Below are positions 39,406-47,980 of a DNA stretch of 47,980 bases, piece after piece. Source of the DNA: Pseudomonadales bacterium. GTDB taxonomy: Bacteria > Pseudomonadota > Gammaproteobacteria > Pseudomonadales > JAUIET01. The translations under genes and the position numbers were made by a program. The notes below the pieces were generated by a model. The model was not told the DNA's origin. It saw nothing but the letters and a program-made list of their open reading frames with translations, and made no database searches. The first letter of the stretch is position 1; each line of letters starts with the position of its first letter. The DNA is taken from positions 1 to 47,980 of the forward strand of contig JBPCXM010000557.1 of assembly GCA_051008535.1 (NCBI GenBank), given 5' to 3'.

Positions 39406-39421
39406 TGTGATACAGATCACG
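39406..39421. promoter_or_regulatory. CRP/Vfr-type palindrome TGTGAT-ACAG-ATCACG
   Basis: Matches TGTGA-N6-TCACA at 9 of 10 core positions. It is centred about 41 bp upstream of the ATG at 39454. An additional ATGTGATCTA half-site lies at 39383-39392. Confidence 0.45.
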
Positions 39422-39453
39422 CTTTTACTTCTCTGGCTCGGAGCCTGACGACT

Positions 39454-39690
39454 ATGATATCACCCGATAGCAGCTCATATTATTTAGCAAAAGCGCAAGT
39501 ATGTGCTTTTGCTCGAGGTGGCGTGTGCCTTTCCAACCAATGCGCCAGTGCTAACGACAAACTCGACTGGAGCTGTAAGCACGACCATCAGTGGCAAGAA
39601 CAGCTGGGCAAGGTGTTGCGCGGCAGCTGGTGCCCGGTGTGCCAGAATCATCGCGGCGCCAATTCTCCAATTGAAAACATAGGCCTTTAA
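39454..39690 (+). CDS. Small Cys-rich protein with a treble-clef zinc-ribbon-like motif (resembles the DUF4379-type W.C..H.W...G.WCP.C pattern)
   Basis: 78 aa. LDWSCKHDHQWQEQLGKVLRGSWCPVCQN, with GGAG 10 nt upstream of the ATG. No homolog was confirmed. Confidence 0.45.
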   Translation: MISPDSSSYYLAKAQVCAFARGGVCLSNQCASANDKLDWSCKHDHQWQEQLGKVLRGSWCPVCQNHRGANSPIENIGL

Positions 39691-39736
39691 AATTCAGCGG
39701 GGTGTTAGGCAGTTAATCGCTTGCTTTCATTGCTAC

Positions 39737-40411
39737 TCACAACCACCCTCTTTCAGCAAACGAAACAGTGTCGCCACTGGCGACAATCAGGTGATCAAGC
39801 ACTCTCACGTCAATCAAACCCAGCGCCTGCTTTAAGCGCTCAGTAATCCGATGGTCAGCCTGACTTGGTTCGGCAACACCTGAAGGATGATTGTGGGCGA
39901 ATATGACGGCTGCCGCATTGTGATACAACACCCGCTTAAGCACTTCTCGTGGGTAAACACTGGCGCCATCCAGCGTACCTGCAAATAATTCTTCATACGC
40001 CAGCAGCTGATTTTGCGCATCGACGAACAAACAGGCAAACACTTCTTGCTGCAGGCCGATTAGCTGCAACGCCAGAAAATCACGGGTAGCCTTGGGTGAG
40101 CTTAGTACGGTATCGCGCTGCAAGTTGTCGAGCAGATAGCGACGGGAAATTTCCAGCACCGCCTGCAACTGCACATATTTCGCCACCCCCAAACCCTTCA
40201 TTTGGCAGAACTGGCGCTGGTCGGCAGCCATCAAGGCGCGTAAACCGCCAGAACTTTGCAGAAGATCGCGCGCCAAATCAACCGCGGTTTTACCGGGCAG
40301 TCCGGTGCGCAAAAAAATGGCGAGTAGTTCGGCGTCCGACAGTGTGCCAGCGCCTTTGCTAAGTAGTTTTTCACGCGGCCGCTCGGCCAGCGGCCAATCA
40401 CTGATGGCCAT
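39737..40411 (-). CDS. radC: RadC/YicR family JAB-domain protein
   Basis: [17 protein letters not shown] start and JAMM-like motif HNHPSG...PSQAD. I trimmed the start to the ATG at 40411, which has GGGAGG 6 nt upstream. Confidence 0.9.
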   Translation of the reverse strand: MAISDWPLAERPREKLLSKGAGTLSDAELLAIFLRTGLPGKTAVDLARDLLQSSGGLRALMAADQRQFCQMKGLGVAKYVQLQAVLEISRRYLLDNLQRDTVLSSPKATRDFLALQLIGLQQEVFACLFVDAQNQLLAYEELFAGTLDGASVYPREVLKRVLYHNAAAVIFAHNHPSGVAEPSQADHRITERLKQALGLIDVRVLDHLIVASGDTVSFAERGWL

Positions 40412-40529
40412 ATAGCACCTCCCTGTACTATTTTGATCGTTATTCAACCGGGATTTTCCATCGGCTGCTGCAGGCTACGAAATAGCGCCTGAGGATGGTA
40501 TCTTACCACGCTTTAGCCGGCGACTTGCC

Positions 40530-41738
40530 ATGCACCAATTGACTAATCGCAACATCATACTCGGTATCACCGGCGGCATCGCCGCCTATAAGGCCGCGGA
40601 GTTGGTGCGCCGCTTACACGACTACCATGCCAATGTGCGAGTGGTGATGACCGCCGCAGCCACCGAATTTATCACGCCCTTGACGTTGCAGGCATTGTCG
40701 GGCGAGGCGGTGCATCTCGATCTGTTAGATACCGAGGCAGAAGCAGCAATGGGCCATATCGAATTGGCGCGTTGGGCTGATTTGGTCTTGATCGCACCGG
40801 CCAGCGCCGACTTTATGGCGAAACTCTCAACCGGCCAAGCAGATGACTTGCTTAGCACTCTGTGCCTGGCCACGGTCGCGCCCATTACCGTGGCGCCAGC
40901 CATGAATCAGGCAATGTGGCACAGCGCAGCGACACAGGCCAACCGTCGAACGCTGGAAGCCAACGGCATTCACTTACTCGGTCCTGGCGAGGGCGACCAG
41001 GCCTGCGGCGACGTCGGCCCGGGACGCATGTTGGAACCCGATGACATCGCCCAAATGGCAGCTAAGCTGTTCGACAGTCGCCAGCTCGACGGCGTGCGTG
41101 TTGTCATAACCGCCGGCCCGACGATAGAAGCGGTCGATCCTGTACGTTTTTTATCTAACCATAGTTCAGGCAAGATGGGCTTCGCGTTAGCGCAAGCCGC
41201 GATGGAAGCCGGTGCTATAACTACCATTATTGCCGGGCCGTGTGCGCAGCAAAGTGCTGACGCCGTGCGCCGCGTCGACGTGGTCAGCGCGGCGGATATG
41301 CTGGCAGCCACACTAGCTGCAGCACCGAAGTGCGACATTTTCATCGGTACCGCAGCCGTGGCGGACTATACCCCAGTGACTGTTGCCGACAACAAAATTA
41401 AAAAGCAAAAGGCGGAAATGACGCTGACGCTGCGTCGCACGGAAGATATTCTAGCCACCGTCAGCGCTCTTGAGTCGCGGCCTTTCTGCGTCGGCTTTGC
41501 CGCCGAAACCAATGATGTAGTCGACTACGCTAGGCAGAAATTACAGAAAAAAAACCTGGACATGATTGTTGCGAACGACGTTTCACAAGCCGGCATAGGC
41601 TTTCAAAGCGACGAAAATGCCGTCACGGTGTTAACTACGAGCAATAGCGTAGCAATTAAACAAACGACTAAGCTAAATTTGGCTAAACTGTTAATAGACA
41701 TAATAAGTGAACACTACTTTGATCAACGCGAGCCATAG
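40530..41738 (+). CDS. coaBC: Bifunctional phosphopantothenoylcysteine decarboxylase/synthetase
   Basis: 402 aa. ILGITGGIAAYKAAELVRRL flavoprotein domain followed by a DFP synthetase domain (ITAGPT...SNHSSGKMG). Confidence 0.96.
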   Translation: MHQLTNRNIILGITGGIAAYKAAELVRRLHDYHANVRVVMTAAATEFITPLTLQALSGEAVHLDLLDTEAEAAMGHIELARWADLVLIAPASADFMAKLSTGQADDLLSTLCLATVAPITVAPAMNQAMWHSAATQANRRTLEANGIHLLGPGEGDQACGDVGPGRMLEPDDIAQMAAKLFDSRQLDGVRVVITAGPTIEAVDPVRFLSNHSSGKMGFALAQAAMEAGAITTIIAGPCAQQSADAVRRVDVVSAADMLAATLAAAPKCDIFIGTAAVADYTPVTVADNKIKKQKAEMTLTLRRTEDILATVSALESRPFCVGFAAETNDVVDYARQKLQKKNLDMIVANDVSQAGIGFQSDENAVTVLTTSNSVAIKQTTKLNLAKLLIDIISEHYFDQREP

Positions 41739-41755
41739 CCCTATTTCCATAATGG

Positions 41756-44305
41756 ATGCTTAATAAATGGCCGCCACACGCTGATCGGATCTGCTATATG
41801 GGGATATTCAAAAAACGCGCACGCGCAGAAGAACAAGAAGAAGTCGTCGCGGATTTCACGGAGCAATGGCGTGCGCGCCCGAATTACATCCCACCATTTG
41901 TCATTTTGATGATGGGCCTGGCGTGCATCTCCTTTTTTGAATTCCTGGTTTTGCCGCAACAGGAGGCCAAGAATGCGCAACAACAAAGCCAACGCCTGGC
42001 CGAACAACAAGTTGCATTGATAAGCCTGACAATTGAACAATTGCACGCCCGACTCGAAGCCTACGCCCGCAGCCCGGCTGTTCAGCAAGCCGTGGTGCAG
42101 CCCGAAGCACAGACATTGCAATCGCTGAATGTGGACCTGACAGAAAAATTCCCAGAAGCTGAGGAAGTGCAGGTTATACCGCTAGATCAGCTTGGGATTA
42201 CCGGCCTGAGGCGTTTTAATATAAAACTGCGTAACAATATTGAAGCGGACCTGATTACCAAGCTTGAAGACGGAGAGCCCGTAGAGCTGGAAGCCTATAA
42301 ATTCGATGACGGCTACCATTTGAGCCTGCTAGAGGATATACCGGGAGCCAAACAGGATACGGTTCGTGGCGCCATATTGCTGCGCTTGCCAGTGGATTTT
42401 CTACAAACCGTGCTGGGTAATCTCAGCGCTGACAGCGGCCGTACGCAGCTGGTACAAACATTTCAATCGCGCGAGCTGCTGTTGGCGCAAAGTGGCAGGC
42501 CCTACAAAGACAGCGCGCCGGTAGTCGATGCACGTCTGGAAGACAGCAACTGGCTAGTGCGCTTCGCCCCAGGTAAAGAAGTGATTTCCAGCGCTGCAAT
42601 CCCGCGCATGCCCGTTTGGATGACACTGGCCGTTCCATTTTTAATCGGTACATTGTGGTTGCTATACAATCTTCGCAAGGCCGCCAATAAAAGTGTCGAT
42701 CAATTACGCCGACTCACCGAGTATGTACAAAGTCTGGTTGACGGCAACCGCCCCAAACCCCCCGAGTTTGACGATGATCGCGTCAACCACCTGACTGTTA
42801 TGGTCGGCCAGATCAAACCGCCGGCTTCCCGAAAAGTCTTGCACTCAGACGCCGACGAAAAAGACAGCGGCAACGACGACGCGAAGCAAGATGCATTGGA
42901 CATTGCCGATGCCGAAGTGGAACTGAGCGACGTCAACATGCCAGAAGCCATCTTCCGTGCCTATGATATTCGCGGCATTGCAGAGCGCGACCTTGGCAAT
43001 GATGTGGTATATGCCATCGGTATGGCAATCGGTAGCGAAGCAGCCGCGCGCGGCCATCAATCCATAGTGATTGCAGCCGACGGTCGCCATTCCAGCCCAC
43101 GCATCAAAGAGCGTTTAACGCAAGCGCTGATGCGCAGTGGTCAGAACGTTATTGATATCGGGCAGGCGCCAACACCGCTAATGTATTTTGCAACCCATCA
43201 TCTGGAGACTCACGCGGGCGTTATCGTCACTGGTAGCCACAATGCGGCCGATTACAATGGCTTCAAGTTGGTACTCGAAGGTCGGCCTCTGTCGAGCGAA
43301 CATATTCAGCGCATTCGCGAGCGCACGGCACACAACGACTATCAACGCGGTGAAGGCAGCTATCGTGAAGGGACTGTCACGGCGCCATATGTCGAAATCA
43401 TCCGTGACGATATTGCTGTGGCGCAATCGCTAAAAGTTGTGGTCGATGCCGGCAATGGCGTGGCGGGTGAGATTGCACCGCTACTACTCGAAGCATTGGG
43501 TTGCGAGGTGGTGCCGCTGTTTTGCGATGTCGACGGCAACTTCCCCAATCACGAACCCGACCCCAGCCGTGCTGAAAACATGCAAGATCTGGCCTCTGCC
43601 GTTACCAACTATAACGCCGACCTCGGTGTTGCTTTCGATGGCGACGGCGATCGCATCGGGGTTGTGACCAGCGACGGCACGTTTGTCGAGCCGGACCGCC
43701 TGTTGATGCTGTTTGCACAAGATATTGTGTCACGCAATCCTGGCGCTGATATTATTTACGACGTCAAATGTACGCGCCATCTCAATGCGGTGATCAGCAA
43801 ATTTGGTGGTCGACCGATCATGTGGAAATCGGGCCACTCTTTAATAAAGGAAAAAATGCTGGAAACTGGTGCGCTACTGGGCGGAGAATACACAGGCCAC
43901 ATTTGCTTCAAAGAGCGCTGGTTTGGCTTCGACGACGGCATATACAGCGCCGCGCGATTGATCGAAATAATTACCACCTCGGGTTTGACTCTTGAAGAAC
44001 TGCTGGAAGAATTCCCAAGCAGCGTTGCCACCCCGGAAATCATTCTGGAAACTGGTGACAGCCAGAAGTTTGCGCTGGTCGAAGCGTTGATCGACAACGC
44101 GAAGTTTGGTTCCGGCAAAATAACAACCCTGGATGGCATTCGCGTCGACTACCCGGATGGTTGGGGTCTGGTGCGCCCCTCAAACACTGTACCCGCCCTC
44201 ACCTTGCGCTTCGAAGCCGACTCTGATGAAGCGCTGGAACGCATTCAGAGCGTATTTCGGGAGCAATTAGGCATCATGAATCCGCAACTGGCGAGCGCCT
44301 TCTAA
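41756..44305 (+). CDS. algC: Phosphomannomutase/phosphoglucomutase with a ~394 aa N-terminal two-TM extension (long-form AlgC)
   Basis: 849 aa continuous ORF. The C-terminal 455 aa from M395 (nt 42938, MPEAIFRAYDIRG, TGSHNAADYNG, GVAFDGDGDR) form the PMM/PGM enzyme. The N-terminal part has TM helices at about aa 45-66 and 286-305. The true start (41756, 41798 or 42938) is uncertain. Confidence 0.88.
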   Translation: MLNKWPPHADRICYMGIFKKRARAEEQEEVVADFTEQWRARPNYIPPFVILMMGLACISFFEFLVLPQQEAKNAQQQSQRLAEQQVALISLTIEQLHARLEAYARSPAVQQAVVQPEAQTLQSLNVDLTEKFPEAEEVQVIPLDQLGITGLRRFNIKLRNNIEADLITKLEDGEPVELEAYKFDDGYHLSLLEDIPGAKQDTVRGAILLRLPVDFLQTVLGNLSADSGRTQLVQTFQSRELLLAQSGRPYKDSAPVVDARLEDSNWLVRFAPGKEVISSAAIPRMPVWMTLAVPFLIGTLWLLYNLRKAANKSVDQLRRLTEYVQSLVDGNRPKPPEFDDDRVNHLTVMVGQIKPPASRKVLHSDADEKDSGNDDAKQDALDIADAEVELSDVNMPEAIFRAYDIRGIAERDLGNDVVYAIGMAIGSEAAARGHQSIVIAADGRHSSPRIKERLTQALMRSGQNVIDIGQAPTPLMYFATHHLETHAGVIVTGSHNAADYNGFKLVLEGRPLSSEHIQRIRERTAHNDYQRGEGSYREGTVTAPYVEIIRDDIAVAQSLKVVVDAGNGVAGEIAPLLLEALGCEVVPLFCDVDGNFPNHEPDPSRAENMQDLASAVTNYNADLGVAFDGDGDRIGVVTSDGTFVEPDRLLMLFAQDIVSRNPGADIIYDVKCTRHLNAVISKFGGRPIMWKSGHSLIKEKMLETGALLGGEYTGHICFKERWFGFDDGIYSAARLIEIITTSGLTLEELLEEFPSSVATPEIILETGDSQKFALVEALIDNAKFGSGKITTLDGIRVDYPDGWGLVRPSNTVPALTLRFEADSDEALERIQSVFREQLGIMNPQLASAF

Positions 44306-44396
44306 GCTTCGATCGATCCACCGAAGACGAATTAAAAGCCTGCCGACCATCTTTTACCGTTAAAATTCACGCTCATTCTTTTAGAAAGGGTTTTGA

Positions 44397-45293
<897 letters not shown>

Positions 45294-45383
45294 AAACAGA
45301 TATCTTCCTATCGTGTATTGTTTCCCGGTGACAATATCGATAGCATCAATATCGACAACATGACTCGGTAAAACGAATAAAAC

Positions 45384-46007
45384 ATGATAAATAGCACGCG
45401 TAAACATTCTCGCCGGCAGCAGATTTTGCAGGCCCTCGCACAGATGCTAGAAGAAAGTCCCGGCGAGCGCATTACAACGGCTGGTCTTGCCAAGCATGTG
45501 GGTGTATCGGAGGCCGCGCTTTATCGACACTTTCCCAGCAAAGCAAAAATGTTTGAAGGTTTAATCACTTTTATAGAAGACACTATTTTTAGCCGCATAC
45601 ACCGAGTGTTAGCTGAAGAACCGATCGCAGCAAGGCGCTGCGAGGCAACGATTGTACTGCTGTTGCAATTCGCCGAACGCAATCCCGGTATAACCAGGCT
45701 GCTCACCGGCGACGCGTTGTTGGGTGAAACCAGCGTGTTACGCCGTCGTGTGGCGCAGTTTTATGAACGCGTCGACACCCAGCTAAAACAAATTCTGCGC
45801 GAGGCTGAGTTGCGCGAAGGATTGGAACCGGTCGTACCGGTGGCAATCTCGGCTAACCTGATGCTATCTGTCGTAGAAGGACGCATCGCGCAATTTGTGC
45901 GCAGTGAGTTCAAGAAAAGTCCCACCGAATATTGGTCTAGTCAGTGGTCGCTGTTAAGTGCGCAGATATTCTCGTCGGAAGAGATCCCGTCAGCGCAAAT
46001 GGCCTAA
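45384..46007 (+). CDS. slmA: TetR-family nucleoid occlusion factor SlmA
   Basis: 207 aa. RRQQILQALAQMLEESPGERITTAGLAKHVGVSEAALYRHFPSKAKMFEGLITFIED closely parallels E. coli SlmA. Confidence 0.85.
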   Translation: MINSTRKHSRRQQILQALAQMLEESPGERITTAGLAKHVGVSEAALYRHFPSKAKMFEGLITFIEDTIFSRIHRVLAEEPIAARRCEATIVLLLQFAERNPGITRLLTGDALLGETSVLRRRVAQFYERVDTQLKQILREAELREGLEPVVPVAISANLMLSVVEGRIAQFVRSEFKKSPTEYWSSQWSLLSAQIFSSEEIPSAQMA

Positions 46008-46018
46008 CAGTGGGCCAA

Positions 46019-46702
46019 TCAGGACTTCGGCTTACCATAGCGCCGTTCTTGTAAAAATTTGAAACGCTTGATATCCAGTTCAAATTGAGATACGACTAAT
46101 TGCTTTTCTGCCTTGCGTTGCTTGATGCTGGCGCGCGTGTCGTCAACCTCAAGCTGCATGGTCGCTATATTTTCTGTGACGTTCGTCGGCACGGTGCGCC
46201 CTAGCCGCTCCAAATTTGCAGCGCGTTCCCGCTGTTTTTCTATTTGCGACTTCAGAGTGCGTAGGTTACCGCGCAGAATGGACAGACGCACATCGATTTC
46301 ATCCAATACACGGTTTTGCGATGCGACAATATCCTCAACGCTGCTGTAACGCGAAACCAGCAGTTCATCTTGTTTGCGGATGCGTTCCTGTTCTTCCCAT
46401 TCTTTCCTTGCGGCAGCACGTGATTCAAGATCCGCCGCCGTTGGCGCAGGTTCGATGACTTTAATAACCAAGCCGTGCTCATTCACGATGCTATATCCAT
46501 TGGGAACAAACTGCGGTGGAATGGTATGGCCTATCACCTGCACGCCCTGCTCATTTTTATAACGGAAAAATTCTTCAGCCTGAGCAAAGCCGGCGGCCGC
46601 CACAGCTAATATAGCAAAGATGAGCCTGCCGGCACTGCAGCTGTCAATGAGCATAGCGCACCAACGACCGGCAGGCTGAGCAAAAGGTATTGTTCTGTTC
46701 AT
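46019..46702 (-). CDS. DUF4124-type secreted coiled-coil protein
   Basis: Signal peptide followed by FFRYKNEQGVQVIGHTIP (DUF4124-like) and a long coiled coil. The start may instead be M17 at 46654. Confidence 0.65.
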   Translation of the reverse strand: MNRTIPFAQPAGRWCAMLIDSCSAGRLIFAILAVAAAGFAQAEEFFRYKNEQGVQVIGHTIPPQFVPNGYSIVNEHGLVIKVIEPAPTAADLESRAAARKEWEEQERIRKQDELLVSRYSSVEDIVASQNRVLDEIDVRLSILRGNLRTLKSQIEKQRERAANLERLGRTVPTNVTENIATMQLEVDDTRASIKQRKAEKQLVVSQFELDIKRFKFLQERRYGKPKS

Positions 46703-46797
46703 ATAGTGTAATTGTAGACAAAACTACTGAACTTGACCTGAACAAAAGTAAAGCAATACGCTTGCGTGAAAATACTACTCTTTTACTTGAGTCGGCT

Positions 46798-47439
46798 TTA
46801 AACGCCATAGCGATCCCTGTAGGCGGCTATTTTGCTCATTTGTTCGCCATATTCGGCGTTCGTACTGAGGTATTGCAGTAAATCATCGAGCGTAATAATA
46901 CCGATCACCGGCGCGTCGAAATCACGCTCAATTTCCTGAATTGCTGAGAACCCGTCCTGACCACGTTCTTGCCTGTCCAGGCCGACCACGACCCCGGCCA
47001 ACTCAGCGCCGCTAGCCTGAATGAGTTGAATCACCTCACGCACGGCTGTGCCGGCCGTCATCACATCATCAACGATAAGTACCCTCCCGGCCAACGGCGC
47101 TCCTACCAACTGCCCGCCCTCACCGTGTGTTTTTGTTTCTTTGCGATTGTAAGCAAACGCCATGTCTTTACCGTATAATCGGTTGTACGCTAGCGCGGTG
47201 GATACCACCAGAGGAATGCCTTTGTAAGCCGGGCCAAACAACATATCGAATTCGTTAGCCGAAGAGCGGATTGCGGCAGCGTACGCGCAACCTACCTGGG
47301 CCAATGCAGAACCCGAACTGATCATACCCGCATTAAAAAAATATGGGCTAACGCGACCGGATTTCAATTTGAATTCACCGAAACTCAAGACACGCTCGCG
47401 CAGCGCCAGATCGATAAAGTCTTTTTTATAGGTTTGCAT
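46798..47439 (-). CDS. pyrE: Orotate phosphoribosyltransferase
   Basis: 213 aa. PRPP-binding motif VLIVDDVMTAGTA. Confidence 0.96.
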   Translation of the reverse strand: MQTYKKDFIDLALRERVLSFGEFKLKSGRVSPYFFNAGMISSGSALAQVGCAYAAAIRSSANEFDMLFGPAYKGIPLVVSTALAYNRLYGKDMAFAYNRKETKTHGEGGQLVGAPLAGRVLIVDDVMTAGTAVREVIQLIQASGAELAGVVVGLDRQERGQDGFSAIQEIERDFDAPVIGIITLDDLLQYLSTNAEYGEQMSKIAAYRDRYGV

Positions 47440-47567
47440 GCGTTATTCCAACTGGCGAGGCTCTGAACAAGTCTAGCCAATGAACCGTAAGGAAGTTAAT
47501 TACGTTTACCGATTAACAAAACAAAGCAATGCAATTATGATACACCTTCACCTAGCTAGGGGCGACC

Positions 47568-47980
47568 ATGAGAATTATCAACTTTTGCGCGGAAGGCATT
47601 AGGCAAGCAGCCGAAAAAGGTTTTTTCGACTGGGCTTGCGATCAAGATGCCGATTTTATCTGCGTACAAGACTTGAGAGAGCAGGAATACGATCTCAAGG
47701 ACGATATGTTCTTCCCGGCCGGTTATAACGCCTATTTCTTTGACGCGGTAGAAAAACAGAGCAACGGGGTGGCGATATATTGCCGTGAACTACCGAAAGC
47801 AATAATCACAGGGCTCGGTTTTGCCGAATTCGATATGCAAGGGCTCTATCTCCAAGCCGATTTTGAGCGGGTCAGCGTTGCATCTTTCCTGGCGCCGCCA
47901 GCCGCCATAGGCGACGACGATGCGCAAGCAAAGAAGATGGCGTTCTACGAGCAATTTCTTGCGCATCTCAACAAAGTGCG
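47568..47980 (+). CDS. crc: Exonuclease III-fold protein, Crc-like (catabolite repression control), N-terminal 137 codons; continues beyond the window
   Basis: Not in the ORF track because it runs off the edge. MRIINFCAEGIRQAAEKGFFDW...DFICVQDLRE...GLGFAEFDMQGLYLQADF resembles Pseudomonas Crc (ICLQDTR, GLGF...GRYLQADF). It is divergent from pyrE, as in Pseudomonas. It lacks the NxNG and QE catalytic motifs of XthA. Confidence 0.7.
   Translation, partial: MRIINFCAEGIRQAAEKGFFDWACDQDADFICVQDLREQEYDLKDDMFFPAGYNAYFFDAVEKQSNGVAIYCRELPKAIITGLGFAEFDMQGLYLQADFERVSVASFLAPPAAIGDDDAQAKKMAFYEQFLAHLNKV

Noticed and set aside
40463-40529. CTGCAG...AGCGCCT and CGCTTTAGCCGGCGAC in the radC/coaBC spacer, resembling E-family motifs
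   Set aside because: Only short motifs match, their spacing differs, and there is no inverted-repeat architecture.
41741-42121. 126-aa minus-strand ORF overlapping the 5-prime part of the long algC ORF
   Set aside because: It has no motifs. It is antisense to a frame encoding clear TM helices and continuous with PMM/PGM.
45330-45360. Direct repeat CAATATCGA x2 upstream of slmA
   Set aside because: It is short and does not resemble the SlmA-binding palindrome GTGAGTACTCAC. There is no further support.

Overview
This 48 kb window reads as core gammaproteobacterial chromosome, with gene order similar to Pseudomonas-type genomes. I found no integrase, transposase, phage, CRISPR, tRNA, rRNA or defence-type genes, and no evidence for a new multi-gene system. 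Coding density is high, and many genes have overlapping start and stop codons. Gene content, left to right: tkt (partial, minus strand); sahR-metK-ahcY-metF (methyl cycle); rsmE; a type IV pilus Pil-Chp chemosensory cluster on the minus strand (pilG-pilH-pilI-pilJ-chpA-chpC-like, with no CheR or CheB); gshB; a TonB-like gene; yqgE and ruvX; pilU and pilT; yggS-proC-yggT; metX-metW-DUF4426-rdgB-hemW; trmB and DUF423; rpoH; ftsYEX; rsmD; coaD; mutM; a lone hydantoinase-A family gene; rpmB-rpmG; a small zinc-ribbon ORF; radC; coaBC; a long-form algC; argB; slmA; DUF4124; pyrE; and a partial crc-like gene. The sequence least explained by genes is a family of nested inverted-repeat elements. There are two full copies (1263-1553 and 34552-34725) and one fragment (29910-29961). 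They share termini and a conserved core of about 45 nt, and they sit directly against gene starts and stops. Other points worth a second look: a perfect AT-rich palindrome over the -35 box of a near-consensus sahR promoter; a roughly 390 aa two-TM N-terminal extension on AlgC; a near-consensus CRP/Vfr-type palindrome upstream of the orphan zinc-ribbon ORF; and the hydantoinase gene interrupting the usual rpmBG-mutM arrangement. All functional calls rest on recognised protein motifs and synteny. No database searches were run.
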